A stretch of 64,000 nucleotides of DNA, taken from contig JBAXKC010000003.1 in the NCBI GenBank assembly GCA_037137535.1, positions 59,387-123,386 of the forward strand. The letters run 5' to 3'. Within the stretch, counting starts at the first letter, position 1, and each line of letters opens with the position of its first letter. Positions 19,225 to 28,835 of the stretch are shown here, piece by piece. This DNA comes from a bacterium. GTDB lineage: Bacteria; Cyanobacteriota; Vampirovibrionia; Gastranaerophilales; JBAXKC01. The notes beneath the pieces were generated by a model. The model was not told the origin of the DNA. It worked only from the letters and a program-made list of their open reading frames with translations, and did not search any database. Both the position numbers and the translations under genes were made by a program.

Positions 19225-20958
19225 TTAATTTTCTATTTTTATTCTTTCTTGAGGAGATATTTCTATTGGTTCAGACTGATTTTTAATATATTCAGTTACT
19301 GCATCAGACATTGTCCAATCAAATATATTCATAACTCTATCTTCTTGATTAAGCATCTTATATCCAATAGATCCTGCAAATAAATAACCGTCATAAGCTA
19401 CTGAGAATTTATGTGTAGGTTTATATTCGGAAAGATTTTTATCTGTGCCATCAGGTTGTTCTATAAAAATTTGAGAAACTTTATTATTACTATCGAGTTT
19501 GTATTTTAACCCCGAAGTTTGTAAATATTCAGGCTTTGTGGAAAGAGTAGAAGCTCCATGGTCTATTGCCTGTTTTATTTCATCTGCTGTTAATTCAACT
19601 TTATAAATTTTATTTTTAAACGGAAGTAATTCTTCAATTTCTCTTTTTGTTATAACTTGAACAGGTTCTGCGTTTTCCTCACTACCTATTTTGCCTCTGA
19701 CTTTTGAATTATTAAAAAATGCTATATCAGCCCCTGCTTTGTGTTTAATTGCGTCTGCAACAAAACTTGCCAGAGGATTTTCAAGTTTTTGATTTTCGTT
19801 AATTATATTATTGAATACTTTAAGTTTGCCTATATCTTTATTTTTTCCTAAAAATTTGTCTTTAAGCTCTTGAATAAGCGGGTCTTTTACTCTTTCTTTT
19901 ATTTTATCCAGCTTATTTCCAACGCTCCTTATCGAGCCGTGTTTATCAAATTCAACGTCTAATAACCCTGCATATTCGCCATTTTTTCCTGCTTGAGTAA
20001 CGACAACTATATTATTCTCAGAGTCTAAGAACATATTTTGTTCAGATTTTTCATACATGTTCGGCATTAAGGATAATAAATTTTCAGGTGAAGCGTTTTT
20101 AAATACATCATGAGAATGTCCGCCTAATATGACATCAATTCCCTTTAAATGTCCCTGCTTTATTTCGTTTATAAGCCCAATATCTGCCTGTTTTCCCAGG
20201 TGAGAAACAAGAAATATTTTATTTATTCCTTGTTTTTTTAATTTATCAAGTTCATCGCTTATACTTTGAACAGTATCTTTGAAAATACCAAGTTTTAACC
20301 TTTCAAAAACAGCTTGAAACTTATCTGTTATGTTTTGATTTGAGAGAGGAGAAGGATGTTTAATTAATTCTGATAATTCTTTTTCTTTTTTTCTTAATTC
20401 TTGTTCTGATTTTCCGAGAGAAATCCCCGAAAGATCCGCATTACCACCTACAGCTTCTTTTAAATCCATAGGAGCAACCCCAATAAATCCATATTTATGA
20501 CCATTTTGAATAGAAATATCAGATTTTACAATTTTATCTTTATGTTTATAAACAGGACTGTCTTTTTGGACTTCAGTATTTGCTGATAAAAACTTAAAAT
20601 TTGCCCTTTCTAGTAAATCAGTAAAACCTTTTTCACCGTTATCAAGCTCATGATTGCCTAGAGCTGAATAGTCTAAGCCTATTTTATTTAAGCATTCTAT
20701 CCATAAACGATTTTTAGGGACATCTGTATCAATACAATTATCACCGGAGGAAATTAAAAAAGTATCAACAGGCTGGTAGTAATTTTTGGCATCCTGTTTG
20801 AATTTGTCGGAAGAAATTTTAATTCCATCCATCTTGGATAACTGCCCATGAACATCGTTTATATACCAAATTTTTACATTGGCGGTTTCTTTTTTTTCTT
20901 CTTGCGAACGAGTAAAGAAACCTTTAAATGGTAATTTATCAGAATATGAATTAATCAT
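19225..20958 (-). CDS. bifunctional metallophosphatase/5'-nucleotidase family protein
   Basis: Calcineurin-like motifs DVHGQ, GDN, GNHELD and GGHSHD, plus a C-terminal 5'-nucleotidase domain. The ATG at 20958 follows a GGTGGGAG SD, whereas the track's GTG at 20991 lies upstream of that SD. No signal peptide. Confidence 0.8.
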   Translation of the reverse strand: MINSYSDKLPFKGFFTRSQEEKKETANVKIWYINDVHGQLSKMDGIKISSDKFKQDAKNYYQPVDTFLISSGDNCIDTDVPKNRLWIECLNKIGLDYSALGNHELDNGEKGFTDLLERANFKFLSANTEVQKDSPVYKHKDKIVKSDISIQNGHKYGFIGVAPMDLKEAVGGNADLSGISLGKSEQELRKKEKELSELIKHPSPLSNQNITDKFQAVFERLKLGIFKDTVQSISDELDKLKKQGINKIFLVSHLGKQADIGLINEIKQGHLKGIDVILGGHSHDVFKNASPENLLSLMPNMYEKSEQNMFLDSENNIVVVTQAGKNGEYAGLLDVEFDKHGSIRSVGNKLDKIKERVKDPLIQELKDKFLGKNKDIGKLKVFNNIINENQKLENPLASFVADAIKHKAGADIAFFNNSKVRGKIGSEENAEPVQVITKREIEELLPFKNKIYKVELTADEIKQAIDHGASTLSTKPEYLQTSGLKYKLDSNNKVSQIFIEQPDGTDKNLSEYKPTHKFSVAYDGYLFAGSIGYKMLNQEDRVMNIFDWTMSDAVTEYIKNQSEPIEISPQERIKIEN

Positions 20959-21046
20959 TATTGTATTCTCCCACCTTAAAGTTAAAAACACATTAGATGA
21001 GCTGTCAAGATTTTTGTATAATTCTTATTGTAAGCGTTTTCAGTAA

Positions 21047-22219
21047 TTAATATTTCAATACAAAAGCTTTGTTCGTTGAATGCCTATAAGGAGGCACACG
21101 TCCCCCAGCAAATAAAACAGTATTATCTTTTAGTTGCGTTATTGTAGGAGCATAATGATTAGTATCATATTTAACCTTATAAAAAGTATTAGTTTTAGGT
21201 GAAAATATTTCTATATCAGTTTGTGAGCCTCTTAAGTGATTATATCCCCCAAAAATCAAGAAGTTCCCATTATTTAATAAGATTTCATCACTTCCCATTC
21301 TTGGTTTTGTCATATTAGAATCGAACATAATAAATTTATTTAAAGCAGCATTATAATATTCACAACTGTTGAGAATTTTGTTATTCGTGTCTATTTCTTG
21401 TCCACCACATATTAAAACCCTCTTATCATTAAGTTTAACTACTATCCCACCCCTTCTTTGATAATTCATATCAGGACCTGAAGAATATGTTTCTGTTTTA
21501 GGATTAAAAATAAATGTTTTTTTTCGTTCATAAGATATAACTAACACATTACCATTATCTAGATTAACCAGTGCCCCACTCCACCACCTTATGTCTTTAA
21601 CAACAGTGTTAAAGGTATTATCTTTTGGATTATATATTTCTGTTGACGGGATATGCGAACCCACATCTTTTAACATTATTTTTCCATCATCAAGAATAAG
21701 TGGTATAAATCCATTTATCATTTCATTTTGTGCTATTATCAGTTCTGGACCTTGGTAAAATTTATTAGTAATCGGATCATAAAATTCTGTAGTTCTAATA
21801 CCAGCTTCGCCAGGCCCAGGTATATATCTTCCATTTGCATTAACAGTACCTGGTTTATCATCATCAGCCCATCCGCCAATAATAAAAACCCTTCCATCAT
21901 TTAATAATACTGCAACGGGTTTTTCTCTAGCAAAAAGCATATCAGGTCCCATAGTAAATTTTTTGGTTTTAGGATCGTATATTTCTGTACTTTTTAATGT
22001 TTGATGATTAAATGGCAAAGCACTGTTTCTACCCCCTATAATTAGTACACGTCCATCTTGTAGTAATGTAGCCGTATGTCTGCACCTGGCAATATTTAAG
22101 TTTCCTACTTTTTCAAATTTTAAATTATTGCTGTTTTCTGCGATTACACATCTACCTATACAAAACACTAAAACTAAAATACTAAATATAACAATATAGT
22201 TTTTGGTGATTTTGTTCAT
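21047..22219 (-). CDS. secreted Kelch-repeat (beta-propeller) protein
   Basis: Signal peptide, then recurring L(L/K)xDG(R/K)V(L/F)IIGG blades (LLQDGRVLIIGG, LLNDGRVFIIGG, KLNDKRVLICGG, LLNNGNFLIFGG, LKDNTVLFAGG). The ATG at 22219 follows a GGAG SD. Confidence 0.75.
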   Translation of the reverse strand: MNKITKNYIVIFSILVLVFCIGRCVIAENSNNLKFEKVGNLNIARCRHTATLLQDGRVLIIGGRNSALPFNHQTLKSTEIYDPKTKKFTMGPDMLFAREKPVAVLLNDGRVFIIGGWADDDKPGTVNANGRYIPGPGEAGIRTTEFYDPITNKFYQGPELIIAQNEMINGFIPLILDDGKIMLKDVGSHIPSTEIYNPKDNTFNTVVKDIRWWSGALVNLDNGNVLVISYERKKTFIFNPKTETYSSGPDMNYQRRGGIVVKLNDKRVLICGGQEIDTNNKILNSCEYYNAALNKFIMFDSNMTKPRMGSDEILLNNGNFLIFGGYNHLRGSQTDIEIFSPKTNTFYKVKYDTNHYAPTITQLKDNTVLFAGGRVPPYRHSTNKAFVLKY

Positions 22220-22303
22220 AATACACTCCAATATCTAATTTACTAATAATTTTTATCAATACGCACTATTAATACCAAATAAATTATTTTAAATATTAAT
22301 CAT

Positions 22304-22343
22304 AAAAAGCAAAAGCCGAATAATCATCGGCTTTTGCTTTTTT
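22304..22343. terminator. bidirectional-looking terminator between the PHP gene and the Kelch gene
   Basis: AAAAAGCAAAAGCCGA...TCGGCTTTTGCTTTTTT hairpin with A/T runs on both sides. Confidence 0.75.
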
Positions 22344-22355
22344 ATATTGAATTTA

Positions 22356-23219
22356 TTATTTAGCAGCTATTTCTAAACGATTTTTTTCTTCTCTAAGTCC
22401 TGATATTACCCATTCAGGAATGAAATTTTTGCCTAAGAAAAGCTGTTTATTTGCTTTTGGCCCATGGCAGTCAGAACCGCCTGTTACTATAAGCCCGTAT
22501 TCTTCGGTTAAAGTTGAATAATATTCAACCATAGCTGGAGAATGTTTTCTATGATAAACTTCAATTCCTCTAAGCCCAAAATTCATAAGATCTTTTACAA
22601 GGCTTTCCACATTTTCAAGATCGCATGGATGAGCAATTACAGGAATCCCGCCTGATTCATATATGGTTTCAACAGCTTCATGAGGAGAAACGGTTATTCT
22701 GCGTACATATGTAGGTGATTTATCGTTAATATACTTAGAATACGCTTCTAATACGCTTTTTGTACCGCCCACATTAACAATTGATTTGGCAATATGTGGT
22801 CTTCCGATGCTTCCGCCTTCCATTACAAGAGAAGTAACATCTTCAATTTTAATAGGCATTTTCGCTTCTTTATTTAATTTTTCAATTATTTTATAGGTCT
22901 GCTCAAGTCTTGCATGCTGCTGATATTTTATCAGTTCGGCAAGTGGTTTTGCGTTTAGATTCATATGGTAACCCAATATATGAATTTCCTGCCCTTCCCA
23001 GATAGTGTTTACTTCAATACCCGGAATGATTTCCATTTGCTTGCCTGTTTGTGATTCCAATAAATCAGCATGCTTTTTTGCAAGCTCAAAAGAACCCACA
23101 TTGTCATGATCTGTAATTGAAATAGCCGAAAGTCCTAATTCATAAGCCGCATCTACAATCTGTTCGGGCGTTAACGTCCCGTCAGAATAGACGCTGTGAA
23201 TATGCAAATCCAATTTCAA
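22356..23219 (-). CDS. PHP domain phosphoesterase (TrpH/YciV-like)
   Basis: N-terminal DLHIHSVYSDG, with further His/Asp ligands (ITDHD, HPCD, GGSDCHG). Confidence 0.8.
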   Translation of the reverse strand: MKLDLHIHSVYSDGTLTPEQIVDAAYELGLSAISITDHDNVGSFELAKKHADLLESQTGKQMEIIPGIEVNTIWEGQEIHILGYHMNLNAKPLAELIKYQQHARLEQTYKIIEKLNKEAKMPIKIEDVTSLVMEGGSIGRPHIAKSIVNVGGTKSVLEAYSKYINDKSPTYVRRITVSPHEAVETIYESGGIPVIAHPCDLENVESLVKDLMNFGLRGIEVYHRKHSPAMVEYYSTLTEEYGLIVTGGSDCHGPKANKQLFLGKNFIPEWVISGLREEKNRLEIAAK

Positions 23220-23238
23220 CTTTCTATCCTTTCATAAT

Positions 23239-24045
23239 TTATCCTACCTCTTTTATGTCTATTAATTCATTAATTCTTTTGATTTCTAAAGCATTGCCTG
23301 TTTTTGTGTCAATGCTTATTTTAACTCCGTTTATGCGGGTCCTTCCAATTTGAGCGACATCATATCTTTCAGGAAGACCTGTTATAAATCTTTTTAATGA
23401 TCCTGCCATGTCCATTCCTATTATGCTGTCAACAACAGAACAGCTTCCTGCGTCTGTAATATAAGCGGTAGTGCCGCTTAAAATGGTTTCATCTGCTGTC
23501 TGAACATGTGTATGTGTTCCCACAAGAACGCTAACACCCAATGATTGAGCATAATAGCCTAGTCCTATTTTTTCAGCGGTGGCTTCAGCGTGAAAGTCTA
23601 CAAAAATTATCGGAGTTTGTTCTTTTAATCTTTTAACTTCAGTCTCCAATGCTTCCCATGGGCTTTCGTAAGGTGGCATGAATACTCTTCCTAATAAGTT
23701 TATTACACCTATTTTTATACCGTCTTTTTCAAATATTTCAGAACCTTTACCCGGTACTGTTTTAGAAAAATTTAACGGACGTAAAAGAGCAGGAGCTCTG
23801 TCTATATAATTAAAGATATCTTTTTTGTCCCAAATATGATTTCCCGAGGTTAAAATATCAATTCCCGCCTCGGTTAATTCATTATAATTTTTCTCCGTAA
23901 GACCGAAGCCATGCGAAGCGTTTTCAACGTTAGCTACAATAAAGTCAGGCTGTATTTCAAGCGCTGACAAGTATTGTTGAACTGCTATTCTGCCGGGTCT
24001 ACCGACAATATCTCCTAAAAAGAGTATTTCTATGAGCGATTTCAT
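23239..24045 (-). CDS. ymdB: YmdB-like metallophosphoesterase (2',3'-cyclic-nucleotide phosphodiesterase family, TIGR00282)
   Basis: [40 protein letters not shown] and [10 protein letters not shown]. Overlaps the rny stop by 4 nt, as in the Firmicute rny-ymdB pairing. Confidence 0.85.
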   Translation of the reverse strand: MKSLIEILFLGDIVGRPGRIAVQQYLSALEIQPDFIVANVENASHGFGLTEKNYNELTEAGIDILTSGNHIWDKKDIFNYIDRAPALLRPLNFSKTVPGKGSEIFEKDGIKIGVINLLGRVFMPPYESPWEALETEVKRLKEQTPIIFVDFHAEATAEKIGLGYYAQSLGVSVLVGTHTHVQTADETILSGTTAYITDAGSCSVVDSIIGMDMAGSLKRFITGLPERYDVAQIGRTRINGVKISIDTKTGNALEIKRINELIDIKEVG

Positions 24046-25514
24046 TTTGCGATTTCTGTAGCTCTAATTTCTCTTACAACTGTAACCCTAATTTGTCCAG
24101 GATAATCAACTTCATTTTCAATGCGTTTTGCAACGTCTCTTGCGAGCTTGCTTGCTCCGATATCATCGAAAATATTAGGCTGAACCATTATTCTAAACTC
24201 ACGACCTGCTTGAACAGCGAATGAACGCTTAATTCCAGGGAAACTTTGAGCAATGTCTTCAAGTTTTTGAATACGTTTGATATAAATTTCAAGAGTATCT
24301 CTTCTTGCGCCTGGTCTGCCTGCACTCATTGTGTCAGCAATTTTTACAAGAACTGCTTCTACTGAATTAGCTATAACATCACCATGGTGGGCTTCTATTG
24401 CATTTACTACTTCTTCAGTTTCCCCATAACGTCTTGCAAGTTCTACACCAAGCTCAATATGAGTTCCTTCTTGTGTCTTATCAACCGCTTTTCCTAAATC
24501 ATGAAGAATACCAGCTCTTTTAGCTATCATAACATTTGCACCAAGCTCTGCCGCAAGCATTCCAGCTAAATGACCAACTTCTTTTGAGTGAGCATAAACA
24601 TTTTGACCATAACTTGTTCTGTAAAATAATCTTCCGATATGTTTCAGAAGCTCAGGATGTATATTTACGATGCCAAGCTCCATCGCGGCAGCTTCACCGT
24701 CTTTAAACATTCTTTCTTCTATTTCTTCTCGGGACTTTTCAACCATTTCTTCAATTCTTACTGGGTGAATACGTCCATCGCTTATAAGTTTTTCTAAAGC
24801 CACACGAGCAACTTCTCTTCTTACAGGATCGAAGCAGGAAAGAACAACCGCCTCAGGAGTATCATCAATAATAAGATCAACGCCTGTAAAGGTTTCAAGG
24901 GCTCTTATGTTTCTGCCTTCTCTACCGATAATACGGCCTTTCATTTCGTCATTAGGAAGATTTACAACTGATACTGTAGATTCAACTACCTGATCAATTG
25001 CACATCTTTGCATGACGTTAGAGATGATTTCTCTTGCGTTAGTGCTGGCTGTTTCTTTTATGCGAAGTTCGTTTTCACGAATAAGTTGAGCTGATTCAAG
25101 TTTAAGATCATTTTCAAGCTGTTTTAATAATATATTTTTAGCTTCTTCGCTTGTTATTCCTGAAATTCTTTCAAGCTCTGAAGTTTGTTTTTGAACTAAT
25201 TCAGCAAGATAATCTTCTTTTTCATAGAGTTCATCTATTTTCTTTTTTAGATCTGATTCTTTTTCAGTAACAGTAAGCATTTTCTTTTCATAGGATTCTT
25301 CTTTTTGAAGAAGTCTGTGCTCAAGTCTTGCAAGCTCTCCACGTCTTTCTCTTGTTTCGCTTTCAAATTCCTGCCTTTGGTTATGCAGAGCTTCTTTAGC
25401 TGATATAAGCGCTTCTTTCTTTTGAAGTTTTATTTGTTCTTCTGCTTCTGCTATTTTATTTTTTGCAGCAAGGTCAATATCTTTTATTTGACCTTCTTTG
25501 GTTTTTAACTGCAT
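24042..25514 (-). CDS. rny: ribonuclease Y (coordinates from the first canonical ATG; the true start is probably upstream, near 25589)
   Basis: Coiled-coil region, a KH domain ([15 protein letters not shown]) and an HD domain ([20 protein letters not shown]). The expected N-terminal TM anchor is encoded in frame upstream of 25514 (see findings). Confidence 0.9.
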   Translation of the reverse strand: MQLKTKEGQIKDIDLAAKNKIAEAEEQIKLQKKEALISAKEALHNQRQEFESETRERRGELARLEHRLLQKEESYEKKMLTVTEKESDLKKKIDELYEKEDYLAELVQKQTSELERISGITSEEAKNILLKQLENDLKLESAQLIRENELRIKETASTNAREIISNVMQRCAIDQVVESTVSVVNLPNDEMKGRIIGREGRNIRALETFTGVDLIIDDTPEAVVLSCFDPVRREVARVALEKLISDGRIHPVRIEEMVEKSREEIEERMFKDGEAAAMELGIVNIHPELLKHIGRLFYRTSYGQNVYAHSKEVGHLAGMLAAELGANVMIAKRAGILHDLGKAVDKTQEGTHIELGVELARRYGETEEVVNAIEAHHGDVIANSVEAVLVKIADTMSAGRPGARRDTLEIYIKRIQKLEDIAQSFPGIKRSFAVQAGREFRIMVQPNIFDDIGASKLARDVAKRIENEVDYPGQIRVTVVREIRATEIAK

Positions 25515-25705
25515 ATATAGATACGCCGCATATACGGCAATAATTGCAATTATTATTATAAAGCCCGTTATTAATAATATATTTTCTATTGTCCCGTACC
25601 TCTTAACTGTCGATAACTCTTTATTTGTAGAACATTAAGCATTGTCCTGCTCTTTAATATTACCATATAAAGTAATTTAAAAAACATCAATTTGTGGTAT
25701 ATAAG

Positions 25706-25750
25706 CGAAAAAAAACAAAAATGGGAATAGCTTGTTTAGAAAGCTATTCC
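25706..25750 (-). terminator. rho-independent terminator of recA
   Basis: Hairpin GGAATAGCTT/AAGCTATTCC overlapping the recA stop, followed on the minus strand by TTTTTGTTTTTTTT. Confidence 0.7.
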
Positions 25751-26814
25751 GGACTTTCTTCATGTTCTGTCGCAAAAGTTAAACTGCTCATACTTTCACG
25801 AACTTTAATTTCAACTTCGGCAAGTAGTTCAGGATTTTCCTCGAGGAATTGGGATGCTTTTTCTCTACCTTGACCAATTTTATTATCATTGTAGCTAAAC
25901 CATGAACCTGATTTTTTCACAATGTCCATATCAGCCGCAATATCAAGAATACAACCTGTTTTAGAAATGCCTTCTCCGTATACTATGTCGAATTCAGCAA
26001 TTCTAAACGGTGGAGCTACTTTATTTTTAACTACTTTTACTTTTGTTCTGTTGCCATATTCAACACCGTCTCTTTTTAATGTTTCTTTTCTTCTTATGTC
26101 AAGTCTTACACTTGCATAATATTTAAGAGCATTACCACCTGTTGTTGTTTCGTTAGAACCGTACATAACACCGATTTTAGATCTCAACTGGTTGATAAAT
26201 ATAACGGTAGTTCTTGTTTTATTTACAATCCCCGTAAGTTTTCTTAAAGCTTGACTCATTAGTCTGGCTTGAAGTCCCATGTGGCTATCGCCCATATCGC
26301 CTTCTATTTCGGCTTTTGGTACAAGAGCGGCAACTGAATCCACTACAATAACGTCAATTGCTCCGGAACGAACAAGTTCTTCCGTTATTTCAAGAGCCTG
26401 TTCACCTGTGTCGGGTTGACTTATAAGAAGTTCGTCAACTTTAACACCAAGTTTTCTTGCATAATCAGGATCTAAGGCATGTTCAGCATCAATAAATGCA
26501 GCTAATCCGCCTGCTTTTTGCGCTTCAGCAACTATATGCTGTGCTAAAGTAGTTTTACCACTACTTTCAGGTCCATATAATTCTATAATTCTGCCTCTTG
26601 GCACTCCGCCTATTCCTAATGCCAAGTCAAGTGATAAAGCACCTGTTGGGATAACTTCAACCGAGGTTGCAGTTCTATCGCCAAGTCTCATTATTGATCC
26701 TTTACCAAAATCTTTTTCGATTTTAGCAAGGGCAAGTTCTAATGCTTTACTTCGCTCTGTATGTTCAGATTTATCAGCTTTTTTATCAGCTTTGATTTTT
26801 TCTTCAACAGCCAT
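25744..26814 (-). CDS. recA: recombinase RecA
   Basis: Walker [10 protein letters not shown], and [32 protein letters not shown]. The track's GTG start (26829) lies inside the GAGGAG SD, so the ATG at 26814 (MAVEEK..) is preferred. Confidence 0.97.
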   Translation of the reverse strand: MAVEEKIKADKKADKSEHTERSKALELALAKIEKDFGKGSIMRLGDRTATSVEVIPTGALSLDLALGIGGVPRGRIIELYGPESSGKTTLAQHIVAEAQKAGGLAAFIDAEHALDPDYARKLGVKVDELLISQPDTGEQALEITEELVRSGAIDVIVVDSVAALVPKAEIEGDMGDSHMGLQARLMSQALRKLTGIVNKTRTTVIFINQLRSKIGVMYGSNETTTGGNALKYYASVRLDIRRKETLKRDGVEYGNRTKVKVVKNKVAPPFRIAEFDIVYGEGISKTGCILDIAADMDIVKKSGSWFSYNDNKIGQGREKASQFLEENPELLAEVEIKVRESMSSLTFATEHEESPE

Positions 26815-27055
26815 TATATTTCTCCTCACAAATGTGTTTTATGTAAATTTATAAGAAATAACAAAGATTAATAAAATTATACTACAATTACTTATCGCAA
26901 GTATAAAAGGTTTTATAAATTTTTAATAATAAAGTAAACCAAATAAAATAATTCCCAAATCTGTAAAAATTGTTTAAAATAAGATAGATGAGTTGATGTT
27001 TGCTAAAATTGAAAAAGTATTTAATTATGGTGTAGCTATTAAATTGGAGTGAAGA

Positions 27056-28201
27056 ATGACTGAAGATAGCCTAATAAATGGTGGTTCAGGTGTTAATGTT
27101 ATAGAAGAAGCCTTTTCGGAAAATCATTTTAGTATAGAAAATTTTTTAAAACTTTCTATAAGTCAAGGTTTTTCAGATATTCACTTAAGGGTCGGTTCAC
27201 CTCCTATGGCTCGTAAAGATGGATTAATGCTTAAATCTAAGTTTAAATCTTTAACAAATGATGACATGCGAGATATTGTAAGAACACTTGTCCCTAAAAG
27301 TGACCATGAGAAAGCTCTTAACTCTAGTGATTTTGATTTTTCTTTTGAATTTGAAAAGCTCTCTAGATTTAGAGCAAATTTATTCAAAGACATGGGAAAT
27401 ATTGGCTTTGTTTTAAGGCTTATCCCTATAAATATCCCATCAATTGACAGTTTGTATCTTCCTCCTGTTTTAAAAGAATTTACCACATTGCACAATGGTC
27501 TGATTTTGGTTACAGGTCCTACGGGAAGCGGAAAGTCTACAACCTTGGCTTCGATGCTTGATTATATAAATCAAAATACTCAGAAACATATTGTAACTCT
27601 TGAAGATCCTGTTGAATTTGTTCATTCAAACAAAAAGTGCGTATTTACTCAAAGACAGCTTGGCATTGATACCGATACTTTTTCAAATGGATTAAAGTAT
27701 GCTTTACGTCAAGATCCCGACGTTATTTTGGTAGGTGAGATGCGTGACAGGGAAACTATCAACGCTGCATTAAAAGCCGCTGAAACTGGTCATCTTGTGT
27801 TTTCAACACTTCACACGACCGATGCGGTTCAAACAATAAACAGGATTATTAATGCTTTTGAGCCTCATGAAAGAGAACCGATTAGATTGCAGATTGCGGC
27901 TACTTTGCGTGGAACAGTTGCTCAAAAACTTGTTAAAAAAGCCGATAAAAAAGGACGAGTCCCTGCTTTAGAAGTACTTGTGTCAACTCCTGCCGTTAAA
28001 GATTATATTACTAAAAATTGTGTTGACAGTATTTATGATCTGGTAAAATCAGGTGGCTTTAGTGGTATGATAAGTATGAATATGTCCTTGTTTAATCTTG
28101 TTAAAGCGGAGTTAATCACTCTTGAAGAAGCGCTTGAAGCTTCAAATACTCCAAATGAGATGCAACAGTTACTAAATGGTGTATATCACGGTTCATTTTA
28201 A
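27056..28201 (+). CDS. pilT: type IV pilus twitching motility ATPase PilT
   Basis: 381 aa. Walker A GPTGSGKST, Asp box, Walker B ILVGEMRD, His box FSTLHT. Size and motifs fit a PilT/PilU retraction ATPase. Confidence 0.9.
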   Translation: MTEDSLINGGSGVNVIEEAFSENHFSIENFLKLSISQGFSDIHLRVGSPPMARKDGLMLKSKFKSLTNDDMRDIVRTLVPKSDHEKALNSSDFDFSFEFEKLSRFRANLFKDMGNIGFVLRLIPINIPSIDSLYLPPVLKEFTTLHNGLILVTGPTGSGKSTTLASMLDYINQNTQKHIVTLEDPVEFVHSNKKCVFTQRQLGIDTDTFSNGLKYALRQDPDVILVGEMRDRETINAALKAAETGHLVFSTLHTTDAVQTINRIINAFEPHEREPIRLQIAATLRGTVAQKLVKKADKKGRVPALEVLVSTPAVKDYITKNCVDSIYDLVKSGGFSGMISMNMSLFNLVKAELITLEEALEASNTPNEMQQLLNGVYHGSF

Positions 28202-28205
28202 ATAA

Positions 28206-28685
28206 ATGTCAGAAATATTAAGTATAACTTCAATTATAAACTTGATAAAAGTGACTATCGGGCTTAAAAGGCCTGAGTATAAAGTTGTGCCTCAAAAAAA
28301 AGTCATAAAACCTGTTGAACCTCTCCTTTCTATTGAGGATTCAAGGAAACTTGTAGCGGGTTTGATTTTTGAAGCATTGACAAGAAAAACTTGTGTTAGA
28401 GAAGCAATTAAGCGTTTTCCGCCCGATCAATTCGATGCTTCAATTCAAGCTGCGTGGCATGCACTTGTTCATTTTGAGGCGGATGAGGATATGAGGCTTA
28501 GAGATCCTGCGTATGCGAGAGAACAGGACGATTACCTTGAAATGTTAGCATTTACCTTGCAAAATGGCACAGCTTTGCCCTTAAATATTATAGATTGTTA
28601 TAAGCCATATCATGGTGCGGCTTTAATACCACGTTCTACAAAGATAAAATCTATTTTAAAAAGTTTAATCAGATTTATTATTTAA
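28206..28685 (+). CDS. hypothetical protein, co-transcribed with pilT
   Basis: 159-aa ORF beginning 4 nt after the pilT stop. Hydrophobic N-terminus. No recognised family. Confidence 0.5.
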   Translation: MSEILSITSIINLIKVTIGLKRPEYKVVPQKKVIKPVEPLLSIEDSRKLVAGLIFEALTRKTCVREAIKRFPPDQFDASIQAAWHALVHFEADEDMRLRDPAYAREQDDYLEMLAFTLQNGTALPLNIIDCYKPYHGAALIPRSTKIKSILKSLIRFII

Positions 28686-28740
28686 CTTTAGTCGCCAAAT
28701 AATCAAAAGCCTTATTATTAAGTTTTGAATATATAGAAAT

Positions 28741-28764
28741 GCAAAAGAGGCTTAGCCTCTTTGC
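28741..28764. terminator. hairpin between convergent genes
   Basis: AAAGAGGC-TTA-GCCTCTTT stem-loop between the 28206-28685 ORF (+) and the ABC permease (-). Confidence 0.5.
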
Positions 28765-28835
28765 CGCTGATAGGCGACTGTGAGAGGGTTTTTGATAATT
28801 TGAATTAGCGATTTGAATTATTTAGAAAATACGTT

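Noticed and set aside
26830-27055. SOS/LexA operator upstream of recA
   Set aside because: No GAAC-N4-GTTC (Cheo box) or GTAC-N-GTWC type palindrome is present. The closest element (TACTACAATTACT) is not a convincing inverted repeat.
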